From NCBI GenBank assembly GCA_025201805.1, contig MU619312.1, positions 73,676 to 137,675 on the forward strand: a stretch of 64,000 nucleotides of DNA, written 5' to 3'. Of this stretch, positions 12,360 to 27,600 are shown in pieces. The stretch is from Parasitella parasitica NRRL 2501 (lineage: Eukaryota; Fungi; Mucoromycota). Every line of letters starts with the position of its first letter. Within the stretch, counting starts at the first letter, position 1. The notes under the pieces are model-generated. The model had not been told where the DNA came from and did not search any database. It was given only the letters and a program-made list of their open reading frames with translations. The translations under genes and the position numbers were made by a program.

Positions 12360-14667
12360 NNNNNNNNNNAACAGCCAAATTTTTTTTAGTGAACAACCTG
12401 TTTGCAACCGTATACCATTATATGCAAAATAGAACAATGTACAGATATACTTATAAAGTGTTACACTTTGTATTAGTAGGTTTTAGAAATATTTACGTAA
12501 AAGTGTCAATTAAATAGATTTTTTTCTAATCGAATTTAAGCAAACAAGAAGCGCAAATATTGATTTTGGTTTTGCTGCGTGCTGCTAACTACTACTACTG
12601 CTGCTGCTACTTCATACATATGCATCATATTTAGCTGGTAGTTAGATACACATTGCTTCCCGGAAAGGGTTCAGTAAAACAAGAGATCGAATTAATAATG
12701 AAATATAAAATAAAAATCAAAGACATGATAAAACAAGTTAGGGTTTTTAAGTAGCAAATTGTAGCATCAATATTTGTTCCGAAGCAAAATAATGCTGAAT
12801 CTATTAAAAACTGTCGTTTAGCTGGCCATACTGTAATACGAACAGCTCCAAAACTCTTCTATACAGTTTCTCATTAAAAGACATCGCAAACTCGCGTACA
12901 GTTTCCATGATGTATCTGAAATAGGAAAGAGACCAAATATTTTGCATTTCGGTTTGGTCAGTAATTGATATCATTTAAATTTTATAGACCTATACCAACG
13001 AGGAGAGCCACAAGAGAGGCAGGAAAAGCGTCGAACTTCTAGTCGTCAAAGGGCGTAGCTCAAACTGATTGTCTGGACACAAGCTAGATCATGATGCGCT
13101 TGTCCCGAAACTCGTAGGGAAATTTGTAACTCGACCAGCAACAAGCTATCACTGTATGATACTGATACGCCAATGACTTGTACCTTGCCCTTAGAAGATT
13201 CGGAAATGTAACATGAAGAATAACTCATTTTAAACAAGTTTGATCTTAAAATTAAGGTTTATGAGATCTTCGCGATGAGATGTACCCAAAGCTTTTGCTT
13301 TCCCTAAAGTTTCATATTCTATGCTCATCAAACCTATCGTTTATTTATTTAATGACCTGGATGGTACAAAAAATTGTCTCAAGAAGGATGCTCTATCGAT
13401 GGATTAGATAAATCAACATACATTTTGTTGGACGTTTGTACAGAAAACAGCAGGTGAACATCACAAGACTTGTCAATTACAATATGCACATACTCCAGAA
13501 TTAAGGGACGACAATATTTGGCAGGATATGAGTTGTTGCTGGTGTGATCAATATGCAATGAATTTCGATTTTCAATATACTACAGCATTTGAGTGCAGGT
13601 AATTTTTTGTATATGTGTGCTTGCAATTTTTGATTTAAAGCATTGCAAGATTTTTTTGTATTGTATTTAAAATCCTAGCATTAGCTACAAATAGAATTAC
13701 TATTACTAAAAATATTTTTGAAACAGTAATGCCTGATTATATGTACCTTAATCAACTAGCATCATACACATATATTTAGCCCCTCTTCCCATACCTTTTA
13801 TTGAGCGTATATTTGTTCAATTGGTTCAATTTGATAATTTGCTTTTTATTTTTCTATACACGTTGGGGTTGTTGTTGTTTGCAATAGGTTGGATTCTCTC
13901 TAGGATATTGTTTTTAGAGTTCTGAAATACCCAAAGCGTTCCGATGGATGCGCACAAACATCTCAATGTAACAATCCAACATCTTTATACAACATTTACA
14001 GATATTGATCTAGATGGAATCCAGGGAAATTTGGATTCTATTGTAAAATATGGGCTGATTCTTTACTATTCTAGAATATTGAGTAAAAATAGTTTTGTTA
14101 GGAAACTAAAATGCCTGTGTGTACCTGTTTTTTAACTGTATTGGGAAATGCCTGTATACATGACATGACATGACATGCTTGAGTGATAAACTGACCACTG
14201 CAATCTATTTTAACGATAATTTAGTAAATAACTGTCTGGACATGTGCAACATGAACGGATAACCCGAATCTAATGTATCACATAAACAGAAAACATGCCA
14301 TATCCTCATGGAATTTGTACAACATTTACAAACAACTTTTTATCAAGACGCACAAACTTTATTGCATGCTCGGAAAATGTGATACTTGAACCTTGTAAAC
14401 TATACGTTTCTGTGTGATTGTGTGTTTCTTTGTAGTTGATTACATTAATATATTATATCTTAGAGATTCAGTAGTTTGTGTATTTGAGACTTTGGTATAC
14501 AGTATTCACATATAATAGTAAAAGATAGGGTTGGGTTTAGAAAAACAATAATGTATAGTGAGGGTATAATAGTAGTATATATAGACTTGTTATCAGAGGA
14601 AGTAAAGGGGTGGGAGTTTGCGGTCAACGCTTATTTACATAAAAAGTTGAATTTGTCTGTCTGTGAA

Positions 14668-14691
14668 GTGTGTGTGCGTGTGTATGTGTGT

Positions 14692-14722
<31 letters not shown>
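14668..14722. repeat. (GT)n microsatellite, imperfect
   Basis: Direct read. Confidence 0.9.
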
Positions 14723-14723
<1 letters not shown>

Positions 14724-14872
14724 ACATAGATAATAATGAATGTATAATGTTGAAAGATGGAGAGAGATATAAGGAATGTAGTTGTTATAGATTGCTACTT
14801 CAAACATATCATAAATTGAGAGAAAATAAAATAATTGCCATAGTTAGCTTGTTATTGCATAGTTGGGTTGTA

Positions 14873-15912
14873 TCACAAAAGCAAGGCCGGAGATCTTCCG
14901 CTCATGAATGATGCATCACCAGTTTTTTCAAATGTATTTGGTTGCTGTTGATCAGTAAACGAGTACATATGATAAGAGGAGACAGATGTTACAGAAGAGC
15001 GGCTGCTAAAGTTGTCATCGCAATCAGGCGTGTTGGATTCGTCATAGCCTTGGTCTTCGTCAACTTCTTCAATGGCACCGTCTCCATAGTGATCGCTTGT
15101 CATTTTGTAAATCAAGTTTTCGTTTGCTTGGCGAAGCTGATCAATCTCTGATTGAAACCGTTCTTCTTTTTGAACTGTTTGTTTGACTGAAAAAAATCAA
15201 TTAGAATATATCGCTATGAAATACAATTGCACTACTTACCATATTCAAGAGTACGCTCAATAATTGTGCCTTTGGAAGGTCTGCGATCATTTTGCAAGTT
15301 GGGCAGCGAATGGGCAAGTTGTTGAAATTTAGTGTTCAAACATTCACGACGTGCACGCTCAATAGCATTGTGCTCAGCCCTTTTCTGGGCTTTATCGCCA
15401 CCAGCATTACTGTTGATGCCGTCTTGTTGATTTGCGAAATGGCTATATAAATTTATATATTTTGTTAAGCTTTTGTAATTATAATACAAATATATATAAA
15501 TTGCATTACCTCATAGGGTGGGAAGGAGGAGAAGCAGATGAAGAAGGTGAGTAGTGACCCATGTGAGGTGTCATGAATTCATTCATATTTTCGTTGGCTA
15601 AAAGTAACTGATCCAGTTGAGATTGTGGATTCTGTTGCATTTCTTGTTGATAATACATCACTAGAATATAGTTAAGTAAATGTAAATCATTTCAACTACA
15701 CACAACTTACTTTCCAATGCTCTTTGCTGCTCAAATGCAGCTTGTTGTTGCACTTGACGAATACGTTCGAGCTCAAGCTGTTGCAGTGTCATGTATTGCT
15801 GAACCTGATAGCGCTGCTGTTGCTGAGGTTGGTGCTGAGGTTGTTGAGAATAAAATGCTGGATCAACCATGTCGAATGGTTGATTGTATTGTGCTTGCTG
15901 GGTAGAACTCAT
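14873..15912 (-). CDS. bHLH transcription factor (Max/Mlx-like), multi-exon
   Basis: KRAEHNAIERARRECLNTKFQQLAHSLPNL...RPSKGTIIERTLEY; Q-rich N-terminus. Confidence 0.88.
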
Positions 15913-17229
15913 ATCTGGAGATGAATGGAAAAAAAAAAGATTGTAATTAGATTTTTTGAGTTTTTATTGATTAGAGAGAAAGAAAAGAGGAAAAAGTGCT
16001 CCAAAAGTTGGTATTTTTAAAGTTTTTCTTTTTTTTGTTTACTAACCAAGCAAGGGGTAAGCTCAAGGTGAATCTCAAAGGCAGAAGAGCAGCATTTACT
16101 GATAAAAACAATAACAACAAGTAGGCAGCTCACACTGATTTTACGTCTCCGTCTTTTTGTTTTTCTTTTCTTATCCTTCGTACTTTTTTTTTTTTTTTTT
16201 TTTTAGGTGCACAGATGTTATACATTTACATGAATGTATGAAGAAAAGATGTATGCAATCAAATACATTTGCATTTCTCGCTATTCTTTCCTTCATATAA
16301 TTATCCCTTTACTTTACCGGATTCCGGTTTAACTGATTCAAGAACTCCCGCATCCTCTCGTCAAAAGAGTTACACGACTTGTCAATATTAATACCTTGTG
16401 TAAATTGTTTTGGGATCATTGGACGACACCACATAATGATTTGAGAAGAAGTGAGGCAAAGATAAAGTGATTCGGACCTAATTTTAGTTTATTGGCTCTA
16501 ACCGTGCTTTCGCTATATTTGTTCACATCTCTTCTTGGTCGTTTTAGCCCTAATTTGTTCTCAAATGTTTGTAGAAAAAGGCTAATTACTACAATCAAGT
16601 CATGGGGATCTGTTTCATCGTATCTCGCCCTCCCTTTGCCTGACAGCATACTTTTTGCTTCCCCTCACATCTGCTCAAACTACACAAGATAGTGGATATT
16701 TTAAACCATTGTCGTACAATCTGACGGTGCACGAGCCTTCAGAAACGAGTCTTGTCAATTTTTAAGTTTCCTGCTGATAGTAAACTATTGCTCTTTTTAT
16801 AATTGTGGACTGCATCGCTTTGTATATAGCAACAGTGTGTGAGTGTATAGATCTAATTGGTTGCATGCAAAATTGTGTATTAACAAATACGCAACAACAA
16901 ATAACAGGATTAGAGAAGTATATGGAAAAAAAAACTTGATCAGTTGTGTAACATGTACCCGAATCCGTTACTACACGGAATACTTGCCCGATGGGAAATA
17001 TGAAGGAATTGTTTTATAAATTTTTATTTGAGTGTTATTTACATTATTTCTCAAGGAAATCCTTGTAGATACTGATTGATGAGAGGAAAAATGATTTGAT
17101 TGGATATTTACAATAGTAATGGTCAACATTATCATATAAGAAAAGAAAGGGAAGAGGGTATTTGGATACAAACAAATATCATAACAGATTTGCTTTTTTT
17201 TTTTAGGGCTGGATGACGAAGTGCATTTT

Positions 17230-18272
17230 TCAAACCTTGGATTTAGTTGCAACGCCTTTGTTGTTTCTGTGGATACGAATATGTTGACTCAAATTGTCAG
17301 TTCTTGCAAAAGATTTACCACATTCTTTATAAGGGCAACAATAAGCTATGAAGATGCATGGAATTAATATACTAGCAAAAAAAAAAAGAATTTTTGTATA
17401 CACTTACGTTTTTCTTTAGTATGGATTGACTTAACGTGTCTCTTCAAGTGCTCTGATCGTTTAAACAATTTGCCACATTCGTGGTGCTCACACAAAAACT
17501 GCTTTACATCCGGCTCAGTAGAAGTCTTGTACTTTTTGCGATCATTAGAAGTGACACCAGATACATCATTGCGCTTAGCACGTGTTGATTTCTTGACTTT
17601 GGCTTTACCACCACCACAGGCAAAAGTTTTCTTTTTCTTGTCGTTAGCCTCATTAGTAGTCTGTTTATCTTGGTAATCATCATCATCATTTGCTGATAAA
17701 CTTGTTTGTGACACAAATGGTGATGAAGGTGTTACGCAGTAAGCATCTGATTGCTGTTGCTGAGTAGGCACAAAATCTAATAAGTCATAAATTGATAAAT
17801 CGTGCAATTGAGATGAGCTAGATGAGGAAGATAGCGATGGAGTCATTAACTGAGATGATACAATGCTGGGTGTTGGCAAAGCATCAAACATCATAAATTG
17901 ATTATGTTGGTGTTGTAATGGTGGTTGTACGAATTGGTTGTGGGGGACGGATTGCCAATCCACAGAGTGTCGATGAGCTTGTTGATCCATGTAATAACCG
18001 TTGCTATGGATACAGGGGCAGCAACCTTTGTGGTGGTTGCTATGCAACTCACTGTTCATAGTTAATGGTGAAGGAACTTGTTTATGATGATAATAGTCCA
18101 AACTAGAGCCAACAGGTGAAGTTTCAAGAGAAGAATCACTTGTATAAGAGAGATAGTCGCCATAACTCATTCTACGAGAAGGAGAAGCCATGTGAGGTTC
18201 ACTATTGTTTCTGAAACGATGATACATGATGGGACTTGAAGGTTGGGGTTGATTTAAATAGTTGGAGTACAT
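17230..18272 (-). CDS. C2H2 zinc-finger transcription factor (Msn2/Seb1/EGR-like finger pair)
   Basis: CEHHECGKLFKRSEHLKRHVKSIH, then an intron, then PYCCPYKECGKSFARTDNLSQHIRIH. Stop at 17230. Confidence 0.88.
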
Positions 18273-18603
18273 TTTAGAAAAGAATGTGAGAGATGTGATT
18301 AAAAAGAATGGAATACAAGAGAAAAAAAGGATGTTGCATTAATTTTGGATTCTAATGCCCTTTTTATACTATTTTTCTGATCGTATGGTTCAGATCAAAA
18401 AAAGATTTCCTTTTAATTTCATGCTTCTTCCAATGGGCTGTATGAACAGTATATAAAAAAAAAAAGATTTTCATTACACATTCTGTGCTTCCATCTCTCT
18501 CTTCCAATTAAAGCTCGGGCAAGGTTCCGAGTGAACTTCTCTGAGGATGTAGTGCAGTGATATTCATTATTCTACTGTACATCCTATCCTCATGATCACT
18601 TTT

Positions 18604-18605
<2 letters not shown>

Positions 18606-18693
<88 letters not shown>
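18606..18693. repeat. 88-nt poly(dT) tract
   Basis: Direct read. Confidence 0.85.
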
Positions 18694-18695
<2 letters not shown>

Positions 18696-19069
18696 TATTA
18701 TATGATCTGCATTTGACACTCGACCTTAAATAGGGGATGTTTAGTAGCATTTTAGCTTGGTATTCTTTGTTCGTAAGTCGATATAGAAAGGCAAGGGCAC
18801 AAGTGATGTTATAATACTATAAAAACCACCTTGATCGTTACACTTTTTTAATGTTTTCTATCATAATGACTCTCAGGCCACCTCGTGTGCTCCACACATT
18901 TGAGTTATGCTTCTTTGCCTTTTTTTTTTTTGAAGCACGAATAGTAAATGTGGGCCAATCAATTACTACACTTGGCAGAGGTAAATAAAGGAGTAATAGC
19001 GAACAAATAAAAACGTGCTCAGACTGTATACTATACTAATGATTTGATCCGAATAATGCATAATTTATT

Positions 19070-21494
19070 TTAAACATACTGTTGTTGTTGTTGTTGTTGT
19101 TGTTGATGATGTTGATGTTGATGATTTCCGTCCAATAAGCCAGATTCTTCCTCAGCATCTAATGCATCTACGGATTCTGGGTCAACATTGTTACTTGGAG
19201 CCTTGAATAAAGCAATCAAGAAGCCCAATATAAACGATATCAAGAATAACCATTGAGAATAATAGAAGATGAGGCCAAACATGGGAGTATTCAGAGTGAT
19301 GCGGTCGATCAAAGTCGAAGAGACGGTTGGTGTACAAATTTCTAAAGTGCACACAATCAATATCTAGAGTTTACCCGTCATTAGCAAAAAGACTATGCTT
19401 ACCAGCAGGCCCATAAATATCACAAGGGACAATTTTATCTACTTTGTAAGTACAATCTCTTCTTCCACCATCAGTATGGTTACACTGCAGTCAGATAAGT
19501 GAATTAGTTTAGCTGTTAGATGTGCATAAAATTTTAATTATCATCTACATGACATACATATACTTGACTTCCAAAATGTGCATATCCTGGTGCTACGACT
19601 GATGTTATCGAGTAGTTTACTGCCAATAAACCAAGTGTGAGAAGCGTAGCAGTGAATAGCAATCCTTGCGGCGCGGTAGATCCTCTTTTGATACGATATA
19701 ACGTGACCCATAAGAATCTTACTCCAATTTGGACTACGCCTGCCATGGTAGCCAAAAAAAAGTACAAGATGATGGCTACCATGAAGATATAGTCCAAAGG
19801 AAATAGCTACAAACATAGATGTTATTGTGATAGTTGTATGCATAGTGTTTGTATCTACGGACCTTCTGTAGATGCACAAATATAAAGTTGATGGGATTAA
19901 ATAACTTCGGATGGCTGATGATGTAGCCACACTTCCTGCCACAAACAGACCATATCACTTTATCAATTCTATCGTATCGAGTTACAAGATGCTTTCAGAA
20001 CGAAACCCTTCTTTGCTTACATTGTCATAAACATACTTATCGCCATCACCAAGGCAAACACTAGTAGGATCAACCCGATTAACACCTAACAATAAACAAA
20101 ACAAGTATGCGTTACACGGCAAGTCAATAATAAACAAATAACTCCTTATTTTACTTGCCTGAAATGGTCTAAGCACTTTTAATACTTTTTGAAGGAAATT
20201 TGCTCTGTCTTGTTGGATGCCATTCAAACGACGTACAAGGATTCTTGGTTGTTTTTGTATTAGAGAGAAAGTTTAAATGTATTAATAGCAATTCCTACCG
20301 TTCTTGATCGTTCAAATTCTCCAATGTACGATAATCATGTGCTGACAATGCTTGATCTGATCCAGCATACTTGTGTTCAATCAATCTTTGCTGTTCCCGG
20401 ACCAAAACTAGCCGCTGGTTGATCTCATCATTTTCTGCATCGATTCTACGCTTGCCTTTAATTAAATTAAATGGTATAATAGATAATCCGGGTGCCTAGG
20501 CAGTCAAAAAATAAAATAAAAAAAAAAAGATTCCATTCACATGTATGCAATGAGTTTGGATGATGTGAAATGAGAAGACATTTATGCACAGGTAGAATAT
20601 ACTCACAGTGTAGACAATGAAAATAGCCATGCCGGGTAAAAACAAACAGCCGACAACAAACCAAATTGCCTTTGCTCCATCTATAATAGGAAATCAATCA
20701 TGCTGCCTTTGCATATTAACGTACATATATCCCACAAATAAGCAAAACTTACGGCTTTCTGTTAGTAAATTTTTGAACCAATCCAAATCAATGTGGGGTG
20801 GCAGAACGTTTGGTTTAAGAAATAGACCAAATAAAAAGAGAACTCCCATAATAGCAACAGTGAAAAACGTGTATCTCAACGCACTTAACCTTCGTTGACT
20901 TTTAGATTGGCCATCTTCTTCGTATTCTTCATAGTAAAAGTAAGCGTATGGAATTACAAAGAAGCTGAATGCAATAATTGAGCCGTAAAAAACTATATAA
21001 AAAAAAAAGGCAGGTTATCATCACAAGCATCCAATTCCGAGGCTTAATTCTAATCCTAATCCTAATCCTAGTCCTAATCCTAGTCCCTAGACCTAGACCT
21101 CCCCGTCCTCACCTCTCCAAACTGCATATTTTGACAGCTTGTTCACTTACCGTAATACATGACTTGCACTGTAAATGTCATCCAGTATATTGTATCCTTG
21201 TCTGCCCACAGCTTTTTCAATCCTGTTTGGGAATCAACCGTGGATGATACTAAAAATATATCAATGGGCAGTAATGCGACTGTTGCAAATATCAATGCAA
21301 GCGCAATCATAGTAACAATCGTGGCTGACAACTCGGAATCTCTTTTACTTTGGTAATAATTTGTGAATACGATACTAAACAAAGATAAACACTGTACATG
21401 CAATGTGTTATTATTTTGATTGGCCATCATGTGAACTACTTACAGCAGCCGTAATTGCAAATACGGTCCATGCTACTCCTACAACGGCAGGCAT
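19070..21494 (-). CDS. LMBR1-family membrane protein, LMBD1 (lysosomal cobalamin exporter)-like, multi-exon
   Basis: ALLPIDIFLVS, IPYAYFYYEEYEE, FPLDYI, GVRFLWVTLYRIKRGSTAPQGLL and APGYAHFGSQVY, with multiple TM segments. Confidence 0.85.
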
Positions 21495-21613
21495 TTTTAT
21501 TGATTATCTGTGATAATTAAATAAAGGAAAAGACGATAGCGTTTTGCACAATATGTTATATACAACTAAAATGATGTCATGATGATCTTGTTTCAGCGAG
21601 AAAAGCGCTCTTC

Positions 21614-24600
21614 TTAATTCGTCGTTGCAACGAGTGCGTCTTCTTCCAGCAAATCAGTTTGTAAAAGGCTTTCTATAAAGGGAAGATCGGGTTTCGATAG
21701 AGTGAATGAAGACTGGTATACGTATAGTCCAACATGCTCAATAAAGAATGAGAGTTGACGTATGGATGAAATACTATGCATCGTCAACATGGGACGTTTC
21801 AAGGACCCTAATGAAGGCTGCATGCTAGATTCAGATAGACTGAAATCGAAAGCGTCAACGGTTGTGATTCTGGCCATTTTTTCGTTCAACGATTCCATGA
21901 TTGGTATAGGCCCTTCAGTTTTTGTTTTGATCACGGTTTCTACAGTATCTCTTATAAAGATCCATTGGTAACTAGAACAAAAGTGAGTATAAAGTAATGC
22001 TTGGCAAGATTGCTGCGAGGCTTACATTTGGAAGGCATCAAGTTCAAGGGTACATAACAAATCCAAGAATTTACATCCAGCAAGTGCAATCTGTGCCTCT
22101 TCAGGTCGATTTTGAAAGTCATTATATACAAAGGAATTGAATAAACGCATCAATTCAGTAATCAACAAAGGCCAGAAGTTCATGAGATGCTTTTGTGAGA
22201 ATCGCATCAAAATAATACGCAAACAAAGGTAAATTTCCATGTGAACCATTTCGCCATGATCTAATTTAAGCAACTCTACAATTTTCTCTTGGATAATTGG
22301 CAGCTGTAGTGCGTATTGATCCTTTGAACCTGCAAATAATACAAATGACAATCTTCTTAAATTGAGAGATCGATTTATGGTTTCTTGATCTTTGTTGGAG
22401 AAGAATGTGTTGGATGGTGAAGTAGTTATACGTGCCATTAGTTCAGTCATTCTTTCCTTCTCGATGGAGAATGCTGTTTGAATGATGCCCAGCCATTTGT
22501 TACATGCTGTGCCGTTCATATGGAAGAACCGATTGTCGATAAACACTTCCCAGACTTCTTTCCTCCATGTTTTATAGGTAAATGGCATTCGAGCCATCTC
22601 GCATAGTTGATCCAATACAACAGAGCTCTTGACCTTGGATTTCAAAGAAGGCCCGACGACGTAATAAACCATATTATTCAATAAAGAGTTGATTTTGTCG
22701 TTGTCTCCAATAAGCTGGCGAAGGCGAGGTATAACTTGATGAGCAAGGTATTGATTCACTTGGTTAATCATGAGATCCTCTCTCAGTTTCCAGCTTGCTT
22801 TTTTTTCCATGTCTGAGACGTTGCTGATGGATACATTTCTTGTCATGGCGTCGGTTGTGTTGGATGCAACGCTATGATTGCTATGATGAGTAAGTTGATT
22901 ATGATATGCTTCGGTAGATTCGATCGTGTAGATAGATGATGTATCATCGCCGTCATCATATATTGTGCTTCTACCACGCATCCAGAGACTCTGATCAAAT
23001 GACTTTCCGGAAATCAATATGCAGTAATCAATGCATCTTTGATACAGCTCTTGCGCATCTTTGCGAATGCGTTTGTCCTGTTCGTACCCAGTAGACTTTG
23101 ACAATTCTTCCAGAGCCACAGTCAAAAATCGCATCAAGCTCGGCAAGAATATCTTGTAGGTATTGGCTTGAGATAGGTAATCTTTGGAGAATGAATGGAT
23201 AATGGGCCATAGCAACGCCATTGACTCGGGGTTCTTGATGTAACCACAGTAAATTTCGGCAAACCTTAATATAGAAGTATCCGTTCTACGTAGGCATGAG
23301 AAGGTCATGTATTATGATGAAATGCACACAAACACTTACAATTTGCCTTGTCTCAATATCTTTCTACGTCTATTTTGATGTGTACCAGGTGTTCTTTGTC
23401 GGATACTCTCTAAAAGTGTAGATATAACGTGCTGAGGTGTACTTGAAGGTGTACTAGACAGTATGTCCAGAGCGATGGTCTTGAAATGCTCTTCTTGCAC
23501 AGGCGTCTGGTCAAACTCTAATGCTGACGGATTTTCCATGTAGAAAATTTCGGTCAACCCTTCTACAAAGTCCACAGTGGAGTATTTAAACAATTTCTCA
23601 AATATAGTCTCCAACCTTCCTTTTGTCTGGTCTGCTGCGTAAGAGAAAGTATGCAAGATGGCGTCTACTTTAACATCGCCCATAGAGAGCATGGTTTGTT
23701 CATCCCACTCGGGTCTTCTGAAGGCATACCATGTGTTTATGAGAATCTGCATCACAATAGGCAAATGAAACATCATGGTGTCTCTTGGCTTTTCGTGTAA
23801 TTTGGGATGTTCTTCACCATGAACAACTTGAGCAAGCCCGACTAATGCAGAGTTTTCAGGAATAAGAGGTATAGGTAGATCCTGGCTTGTATTTGCAAAC
23901 CACTCATCGTTTAATATGCGTTCCGTTAAACAAAACATGAGCATCTTTTCAAGACCAATTAAGAGCACCATCGTCTCCCTATCGGCCGATACACAGGACG
24001 ATGTATTGGGCTTTTCGTGAATAGCAATTTCAATAGTATCGCATCGTAAACTGATTTGGTGGCAAACACACATCACCACGGGAACAATCAAGTTGCGGAA
24101 GCCATGTCTGATGTACGGAAGTGTAGCCAATACAAAATCCATCCAATGCTGAAGCATGCTACGATTACTTGACATTGAGAGCGCGTCGCTTATACATTTG
24201 ACATACAAATCTGAAGATGCTTGAATAAGTGCAATAGCTTGGTTTGGTGTTTGCTGCTGTTGGGCGCTCTGTATAGAGTTCACGCTGTCCACAGAACCTT
24301 TCTTTTGGTGTCCAGTCGTCGATTTGTCTTTGTGCGTTGTGCTGGCGCAAGTAATTGCTAAGCAGGCGTGTAGCAGATGCAAGAGTTTTTGCTGTAAATC
24401 CAAGTGTTGTTGGGTTATACAAAACAAGAGCTTATGTAAAACTGCCATTTGCACTTGCTGGACAAGTTCCATGTTGACAAAATCGAGCTTTGAAATGATT
24501 AGATACAGTAAATCTGCTGCATGGAGTTGGATGCCACGAATTGATTTACAAAGTGTATCCTTTGCAGTTTCTCTAGGTTCAGTTTCTACAAACCTACGCA

Positions 24601-27600
24601 AAGCGACATCATTTTTTAAGTAGCTCTCTCTAACACTGACTCTAGCCTGGACTTACCTGATAGCAATCAACACTAGCAAATCTAAAAAGGTTAAAGACTT
24701 ATTTGCTTCGTACTCTAGTGCGGCTTGGGCAATTTTCGCAATTTTCCCCTCGCTATCCACAGTGTGATTTTTACACGTTTTCAATACATTCAATCCTCCA
24801 AAAGTGATTAATGTGATCAGAGTTGTAAACATATAATCGATAATGTCCGTATCAAAAGCTTTCAGATATACAAAATATGAGATTTGGGTCGTCTTGTTTT
24901 GCCCATTCTTTTTTAATTGCTGGTTTTTCCATCCTACACTGAGCTCTGCTGGTCGGCGCAATATGTGTTGATCAAGCAGGGCTAGCAAGAATGGCTCTAA
25001 AAGCCGCACATAACTCTTCAGATGGCATCGAATCCACAAATCTCCTGCTCTTCGATCCAAAGGAGATGCACCATCTCTCAGTAAATCCAACATCAGAAAC
25101 ATGGGTCTTGAAAAGACTACACTTGCCTCTGACCTATTGTCTGATAACTCCCAAACAATCCCAAATTTCTCATAGTTGTCAAGTCTTTCTTGATCGTCTT
25201 CTGGATGTATGATATAATTGGAGATGATAGTTTCAATCTGGTGAGGTAATGAAGTTTCAATCAATTGCCACAACAGCTCTATAGTTCGCATATGAAGCAA
25301 TTGCAGTGAAGGCGACAAAAATCCCCAAAGCTTATCCATAATGGCCCTAATGTGTGATGTCTGTTTAAGGGCTGCAGGGTCGATGAAGCGCGGCTGTTTC
25401 ACAAGCAATGTCAACGTAGATAGTCCCGCATCTACAATGCCAAACACCTGAACTTGCTGGCAGCATTTGAGCAACACAGTCGTCAATGTATTGGATCGCT
25501 TCAGTTGAAATTCTGCATCGGCGGCATATTTAGCGACAATGGTCAAAGCAGTACACGCACCCAAGAACACGCGCTCCAAATGATGCTCGATATGCTTCAA
25601 TCGTTTGCCCTCTACACCGACATCTACACCGCTCAGAAGATTGTCGGCGATAATGTAATCGTTCACAAAGTCAATCAAAAAGCTCGTAATATTGTCGGAA
25701 ATCTCTCTAACTAATGCTTGTCCACGCAGCGAATCAAACTCGGGACGAGATTGATAGGGCTGATGTTGAGGTTGAGATCGAGACATGTTGACAGAAGACG
25801 ATAAATCACCTGCCTCTTCGTTGTTTGTAGTTACTTGCTCTCCATTATCTGCCTCCGAGAATTGCTGCTGTGATTGTTGCGATGTTTGTCCAATGCCGTA
25901 AAATTCACGCACATAATCCAAAATATTTGTATCCGATGTAAACTGTCTGCGGTTTTCCTTGTTACCATCTTCAGTCCGAGGAGCAGCACGGTTCACAAAT
26001 ACTAATTCAGGTAAACGCTCTAAGATATTGAGGATCAATGCAATGCATTGGTTCACTTGAGGTAAAAGTTCAACGAAATTTGGTATTTTCAAAGCAAAGT
26101 TCAGCTTCTTAACAAGCGCCGCAAGAATCAGAGGAAAGTGAATTTGCTTGATTTCGTCGTCTGCGAAATGGAACGATTCCAATGTGAATTCTACCAAGCG
26201 CAAGCTATCGAGCGTGCCGATGGATTTCGATGATTTTTTGTTTGTCATTGCCGTGCCTGAGAAACAAGTATCGATCAATTCGAACAATTTCATACAAACG
26301 AGGTAAGGCTCTACCATATCCATCCACATGTTTGCAGTCTTCATTACCTCCTCTTGTTGTTTTGACTTTGCGCTGGATTTCAAACTAATGAGCGAGTCAA
26401 TAAAGATGTTATTTACAATAGGCTGGCCCAATTCCCATTTGTCCATAAGCGAGATCAGTATTTTGTAAGGTCTTTGTTGTTCCATTTCGGCAGATATATC
26501 TGGGTGTTGCTGCTGCGTCTGAAACATGCCTCGCATTGCTTGTGTAGCTGGTTTCTCAGCAAAGGTGTTAAAGTATAAAACTTGAGCCTGTGTTGTTCCT
26601 TCAGTGCCCAACAGCCATGCATATAATCGCCTATTCAGTGACATGTCCTTTCGAAGCACGATACTCAACGCAGCTCGCATCAATATCACCAGATCATCGT
26701 GAGGTATCATGCGGCTTCTCAGCATGAAATTTTGTACCAGCAATTCCAGCATGCCACGTTGTACCAGTAATTGTTGATCATTTAACGTAGACGCAAATGC
26801 CCTCACCATCAAACTTACGTTTTCTTTGCCTCCTAAAACTAGAGCGACAGCTGAAAGAGTTGGTGGACATATTAGCTCGTGATAAGGAACATCGAGTATG
26901 CATAATTTACCTTCTCTGTCTATTATTTTAGGCAGTTTTCGAAGCAAGTAGTTTAGTGCGGGAGGACGAAGACTGGGGCTTCCGATCATAACCAGCCACA
27001 TGCAGGAATAAAAGAATGGCAATTCTACAGTTTCTGATACACTTTCGATTAATAAAACCACTTTATCGAAATATTCACTGCCTTCCTCTTCCAATGCTGG
27101 CAACAAGGCAATGATAAATCCTCTCATGGCAGGTCGTAATTTGCCTTTCAACGGAATATAATATCGTTCAAAAAGATTCAGCAATTGAGGCTACACGTCG
27201 CAAAATTAATGGTGAGCGCACAAAAGATAGTCTCTAGAAAGCTTACCTTGACATGTGTAGCTGCATATTGTACAAAAGGGAATAAGCCTGTCGACCACAA
27301 TGCTAAATCCTCTGCCAATTGATCCGACTAGAACAAACGGGGTTAAATGGTAAGTAAATCGCAGCATGTTCAGACAAACTACTGCCCCTACCCCAATGGT
27401 TTTTAATATATAAGCATATACTTCCAACGTCTTTTGATGAACACCAGCGGGGAAGCCTGGATTTAGACACTGTGCTAATCTCTTGGCAACAAGCTGCTTG
27501 CGCGGTATAACTGGAAATTGGGGATAAGCTTGAAAGGACTTTGTGTGTGCATGCGTGTTAGCTAAGCAAATGAATATCAATCAATAAGACTCACTTTGAG

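Noticed and set aside
12900-14150. Possible decayed gene or transposon fragments
   Set aside because: Coding-like composition, but no motif I can assign.
18508-18750. Poly-lysine ORF
   Set aside because: Translation of the 88-nt poly(T) tract. No TSD seen to support a retroposed tail, and homopolymer length may be unreliable.
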